From Phoronis australis (taxonomy: Eukaryota; Animalia; Phoronida): 50,960 bases of DNA. The DNA lies in assembly GCA_002633005.1 (NCBI GenBank), contig NMRA01000111.1, positions 1 through 50,960 of the forward strand. Direction: 5' to 3'. The notes under the pieces were generated by a model. That model worked only from the letters and a program-made list of their open reading frames with translations. It made no database searches and had not been told where the DNA came from. The position numbers were made by a program, and so were the translations under genes. Positions 47,368 to 50,960 of the stretch are shown here, piece by piece; position 1 is the stretch's first letter; every line of letters starts with the position of its first letter.

Positions 47368-49143
47368 ATATATACATATGCATTGTCTGATGCCTGTGAC
47401 AGTTGACTCGATTCATCATGTTTGTTTGCCATGGCCGACACACTTTCATTTCTCCAACATCGTTTAATTTCAGGTATTTCTTTTTGTTTGCTTACCTGTA
47501 GTACCAGTTTTTGAACATATGGATTGATTTTATTGAAATGAAAATGTTGGGATGTTTAATATTTTTCTGATTCATCATGGATTTTTTGAGACTCGTATGA
47601 ATTAGTGCATTTGGAGCCACAGGGTTACACGGAATTTCAAATTTTTCTCTTGGCAGACGTAATGTTTTATGGTATCATTTAGAATCTTCATAGTTTATCT
47701 GTGTTCTTATAGCTACTGTAAACCTGCCTTCCATCACAAAAAAATACTTTTCGACACTTACAGTTACTAATTGGTCTTGATTGTTCCTTGAGTCAAATCA
47801 GCTGGGCTTGGGACTAGGAGTAACTTGGGAGTTCATGATTGCTTGAGACAATACTCTACTGAATGGCTTGCCATAGCAGGTCATATGTGCTCACCATAGT
47901 CTCTGTTATGTTCTGTAACACAGAATTGTGTTTGAAAGAAGTTTTCATACAGTCTCTATGGATAACAAACCAATGACTCATTTCAAGCCCTGGAAATTGA
48001 CAGTGGCCAATTTTATAACATTATGTGGTGTAAGTCTAAAAGTTAATTTCTTTGACACCACAAGGCTTTGTATAGGGACTTATTACAGTAATTTTCACAT
48101 GCAAGCCACCACTACAATAAGTCTAAAATTAGACTGCCAGGCTGCCCTGGTGATTTTTGTTGAGAACTACATTAAATTTTACTTTAAATTTTATGTTATT
48201 TAACAGTTATCAATGATTATTTAGTGTATGATGACATGTTTTCCTGTGTATTTGCATTGAATTTGCTATGAATTTAAGCGTCCTGCAAACAAGTGCCAAA
48301 GGTTCAAATAGTTCTGCATTTCTCGTAAATACCGGGTAATATGCTATAACTGGGTATTACATTGTTAAGTTGCTTAACTTCAAGCCGTCAGCTGTTGAGA
48401 ATAGTCTAATCCACAGCATATTTCAACCTGTTTGTCTCGTTGCAGAGGAGGTAATCCTCCTGGGCCCCACGATGGCTCGCCATACAAACGTCATCGCCCA
48501 CCAAGCCCGCCTCACGTGGCTCACACTGGCTACCCATACCCCCAGGAGCCCCAGCGGTATGGCATAACCAGTCTTAGTGCTTCGTATCCCATGTACCCCA
48601 GGGACAGTGCGTATCAGGTAAGTTCACTGGGCCTGGAGTCGCTACAAACATTGCGTCGCGCAGCCAGAAATCTTGTTACATGAACTAGAAACTTATCATT
48701 CAAACTGGAATCACTTGAAAGTGTCAATACTGCTGTTAAAATAGTTAAACATGTTCATGATGCTGGTTCAAGTCCTTGTTCATGATGCTGGTTCAAGTCC
48801 TGCAAACAAAAACAGAAAGTGTTCTCCAAACGCTTCAATTCCCTACGATCTTTGATGTTTTTGTTTAAATTCAACATTCATACATAAAATTTGCATTTTG
48901 GTGAAACTCAAGCTTTCACTTACCTCTAATTAATGACATCCAAACTTGCTTTTATTCAAAGAAATAATAATTTGTGTATTTTTTGGAGTTGCACTACAGT
49001 CTGTGATTTACAATTTTTGTGTAAAATTTCTTTTGATAGCCTGACTACCATGACAGGTACGGTGACCCTGAGCTACACGTGCGACGACGACCATCCATGT
49101 TGCCGACACCCCACGGCTCCCAGCTGGGTCCGTCACGTGACAG
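38867..49143 (+). CDS. NCOR1: Probable nuclear receptor corepressor (NCOR1/NCOR2-like), 5' partial, continues beyond window
   Basis: Exons 38867-38892 (MSSRPPND), 48446-48617 (RGGNPPGPHDGSPYKRHRPPSPP...YQ) and 49040-49143 (PDYHDRY...VRRRPSMLPTPH) are phase-consistent. RRRPSML resembles the conserved N-terminal RRRPSLL motif of NCoR/SMRT, and the Pro/Tyr-rich start fits. The diagnostic SANT domains are not in the window, so the identity is inferred. Confidence 0.65.
39087..40317. mobile_element. Non-autonomous DNA transposon with long TIRs (Academ- or MULE-like)
   Basis: ~163-bp near-identical inverted arms at 39087-39249 and 40155-40317; second inverted pair at ~39614-39680 and ~40030-40093; no transposase ORF. 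Confidence 0.8.
40885..41506. repeat. Tandem array, ~186-bp unit, ~3.3 copies
   Basis: gggaccacgccttctccaaggc at 40928, 41114, 41300 and 41485. Confidence 0.92.
41642..41786 (-). mobile_element. Internally deleted, inverted copy of the 43188-43501 MITE family
   Basis: gcggatccatgattttgagttagggg ... ctaaatccgtcaccg are reverse complements of the family ends. Confidence 0.55.
42057..42108. repeat. 26-bp tandem duplication
   Basis: tttagactatacctatacata(c/t)caca x2. Confidence 0.9.
42446..42953. repeat. Tandem array, 192-bp unit, ~2.6 copies; inverted homologue of 40885-41506
   Basis: ctcagatcgcttgtggtcggg at 42447, 42639 and 42831 is the reverse complement of cccgaccacaagcgatctgag in the left array. 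Confidence 0.9.
42959..43513. mobile_element. MITE (cagtggctga...tcagccgctg) hosting a nested MITE
   Basis: 10-bp terminal inverted match with 1 mismatch. Confidence 0.5.
43188..43501 (+). mobile_element. Full-length MITE (~314 bp), CAG-ended TIRs
   Basis: TIRs cagtggcggat and atccgcccctg, flanked by CTCTC on both sides; second copy at 1-274. Confidence 0.8.
43869..44115 (+). pseudogene. Decayed THAP zinc-finger coding remnant (transposon-derived)
   Basis: MLRCFVPACPN*AAARKAGLSFF /frameshift in T run/ LPRKSEMLRKWLMVVK...*...HLRVCGLQ follows the THAP order C-x4-C, FF-x-P, W, C-x2-(H>Q), with stops and a frameshift. Confidence 0.6.
44600..44664 (+). CDS. NCOR-like candidate alternative first coding exon (MYNFCPDGAVAKAEPEFAAPDE)
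   Basis: ATG, open frame, GA|GTAAGT donor, phase 2 compatible with the exon at 48446; CpG-rich surroundings. Confidence 0.4.
45301..45525. mobile_element. Tc1/mariner-pogo-like MITE left end with TTAA(G/C)CGCCC subrepeats
   Basis: TA-CCGTAAA start; about 7 copies of ttaa(g/c)cgccc; the right end was not found. Confidence 0.5.
45790..46338. repeat. Repeat family A copy
   Basis: gcaccacctagtggcc 45841-45856, cccctagtggc, terminal gtgggcgcatttaaacactttgtgttgctcttgtt. Confidence 0.6.
47255..47267. promoter_or_regulatory. Consensus RFX X-box GTTGCCTAGCAAC
   Basis: Near-palindromic match to the RFX/EF-C site, intronic. Confidence 0.35.
47327..47364. repeat. (GT)n microsatellite
   Basis: Direct reading. 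Confidence 0.95.
48446..48617 (+). CDS. NCOR1: NCOR-like exon
   Basis: ttgcag acceptor, CAG|GTAAGT donor, GC-rich Pro/Tyr-rich open frame. Confidence 0.8.
48752..48801. repeat. 25-bp exact tandem duplication
   Basis: tgttcatgatgctggttcaagtcct x2. Confidence 0.92.
49040..49143 (+). CDS. NCOR1: NCOR-like exon with RRRPSML motif
   Basis: tttcttttgatag acceptor, AG|GTAAGA donor, phase 0-2. Confidence 0.8.
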
Positions 49144-50555
49144 GTAAGAACTATGTCTGGGTTACTTTGATGATAGATGTAAACAAGAGTTCTTTCTTGA
49201 CTGCCATTATAATGATTGGCAAAACCAAGTTGAATCTTTTCTATTCAGAACTGTGTAGTCAGAATTACAATATTGTCTTTGCAGTTCATGTGCAAATGTT
49301 AACCTGCCAAAGCACAGGCTCTTGTATTGTTCATTTTAGAAGTCCATAAGAGCATTCACATCATAACTTGTGTATTTTTCAGAAGACACAATTTGTACAC
49401 CATTTTTCTAAACTGTCTTTAGTACATAGGCTTTGCCTGTCAGGTGGTGAAATGTTGGGAATACTGTTTCTGATACTCTGATATTTGTCAGAGATGTTGG
49501 ACCATTGCAGGGCAGGATAATTTGTAAATAAAGGCCAACAGAGGTCAGAGTTCAACTTTCCTTTTGTGTTGTTTATGTAGTAACTGTTTCTGGTGATTTG
49601 TTATAATGTAGTGTTGAACTCTTGACATTTTGTTGCTGGTTTTGGAAATCTTTAGGGAAGATTCTGGAAGGAGTGTCACTTGAATCTTGAAACCATTAAT
49701 TTTGCATAAGTCTTTACAAGTCATTCTAAATACCCTCTTGCCAGCACACCTGTCCTCTAACTTGGGCAAATTGAAGTTGTCTGTTACTGTACATTACTCC
49801 AGAGACTGTTATTCTCTGAAAAGCCTCTAGCCTGCAGTAAGGTTTTTATTGGTCGGCTGTTTTTGTTAGATTTCCTTCACCTAATTGTTACAGTTACTGG
49901 TACCATATCCATCAACACCCACGCAATACTCGGCTCTCCAAGATGCCTAAGTTTAGCTACACGCTCACGCCCAGCAGTTATTACGATCCATACTTTTAGA
50001 GTTTCATTAAACATTTGCTATATATCGGCTGGCAGCTTCTACGGATTTATCTGTATTCTCAGTGTTCTCCACAACAAAAATTTCAAACTCCACGCAAATA
50101 TTTTGTTTAGTAGTAATCACTGTTCATTCACTAACAACATGGTTACTGTGTATTTATATACGTTTTAAAAGTGTACACTGAACTGGTGTGACCTACTTTT
50201 TGACTTTCCTACCAATTTTTCACCATAAGTCCTCCAAAGCATTTATGACAGACTCAGAAAATCAAACGAAAGGTTATAAGTTCCTTTAATAATAAAAATG
50301 TCAATTCTAGTTTGAATTCTACTTATTAAATACTACTAATGATTTGACCTAGTATTTAGGGACACCTGTTGTCCAGTGGAATAAGTTCTGATTCGCCACC
50401 AGATGTCAGTCAAATCAAAATCCTTTAAATTAAGCATATCAAATTGTCAATTTACAGGTTTAAGTGCAAAATTTTAAAGTTAAAATAATATTGCTGGCTA
50501 TTCAATTATTAAGGTAAGGTACCTGACACCATAAAATTATGTTGGAAAAGGAATT

Positions 50556-50700
50556 CAGGGCTCGACATAACGAGCTGCAGGTCGCATTTGCGACCTGAAA
50601 TTTGGAAATGCGAGCTGAGATTTTTGTCAGCTCGTATCAAGTCGCAAAATGCGACCTGGAATTTCCAACGAATGCGAGCTGAGTTTTTGCACTTCTCAAC
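50556..50700. mobile_element. hAT-like element left end with subterminal palindromic repeats
   Basis: CAGGGCTCGAC start; repeated cgagctg and gtcgca..tgcgac units. Confidence 0.45.
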
Positions 50701-50960
50701 AGATACCTGGCAAATATCAAGCATCTCTTGTTAATCCGACCATTATTTGCATGGTTGTTGCCAAATCCAAGTTCAAAAGAACACTAACCGAGAACTGCCC
50801 TCCCGATGACTTGTAAGCAAGTCGCGTGAACATGGGATATGCAGAATCGATCTTTGACGCGTTTCATTGGCTAACACTTTCGGCCACTTTTGTAAATTCC
50901 CGGATTCGCCGAAGAAAGTTTCGGGCCACTGCTTAACACGTGATAAAACTTCACAAAACA

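Noticed and set aside
48933-49349. 138-aa ORF
   Set aside because: A different frame overlapping the real 49040-49143 exon; the rest is intronic.

Overview
Eukaryotic, AT-rich, intron-rich animal genomic DNA from a draft assembly (N gap at 2487-2540, single Ns at 20169 and 39613). The taxon looks like an invertebrate, possibly a marine deuterostome, but that is inference only. Three spliced genes can be rebuilt by hand with GT-AG junctions and consistent phases. (1) AKAP10/D-AKAP2, + strand, 13 coding exons, 1161-13902, about 655 aa, with two RGS domains and a C-terminal PKA-binding helix. (2) MKS1, the B9/C2-domain ciliary transition-zone protein, - strand, 19 coding exons plus a candidate 15-nt microexon, 34806-18499, about 593 aa. 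(3) The 5' end of a probable nuclear receptor corepressor (NCOR-like) gene, + strand, from 38867 and running off the window. Introns and intergenic DNA hold many non-autonomous transposon remnants. The most notable are a Penelope-like palindromic insertion with a degenerate hammerhead-type motif, a long-TIR element, a foldback-like pair of inverted tandem arrays next to a decayed THAP domain, and a dispersed repeat carrying CTCF-like motifs. There is no prokaryotic system, CRISPR array, rRNA or convincing tRNA. I found no clearly novel biological system; the leads below are structural observations and hypotheses.
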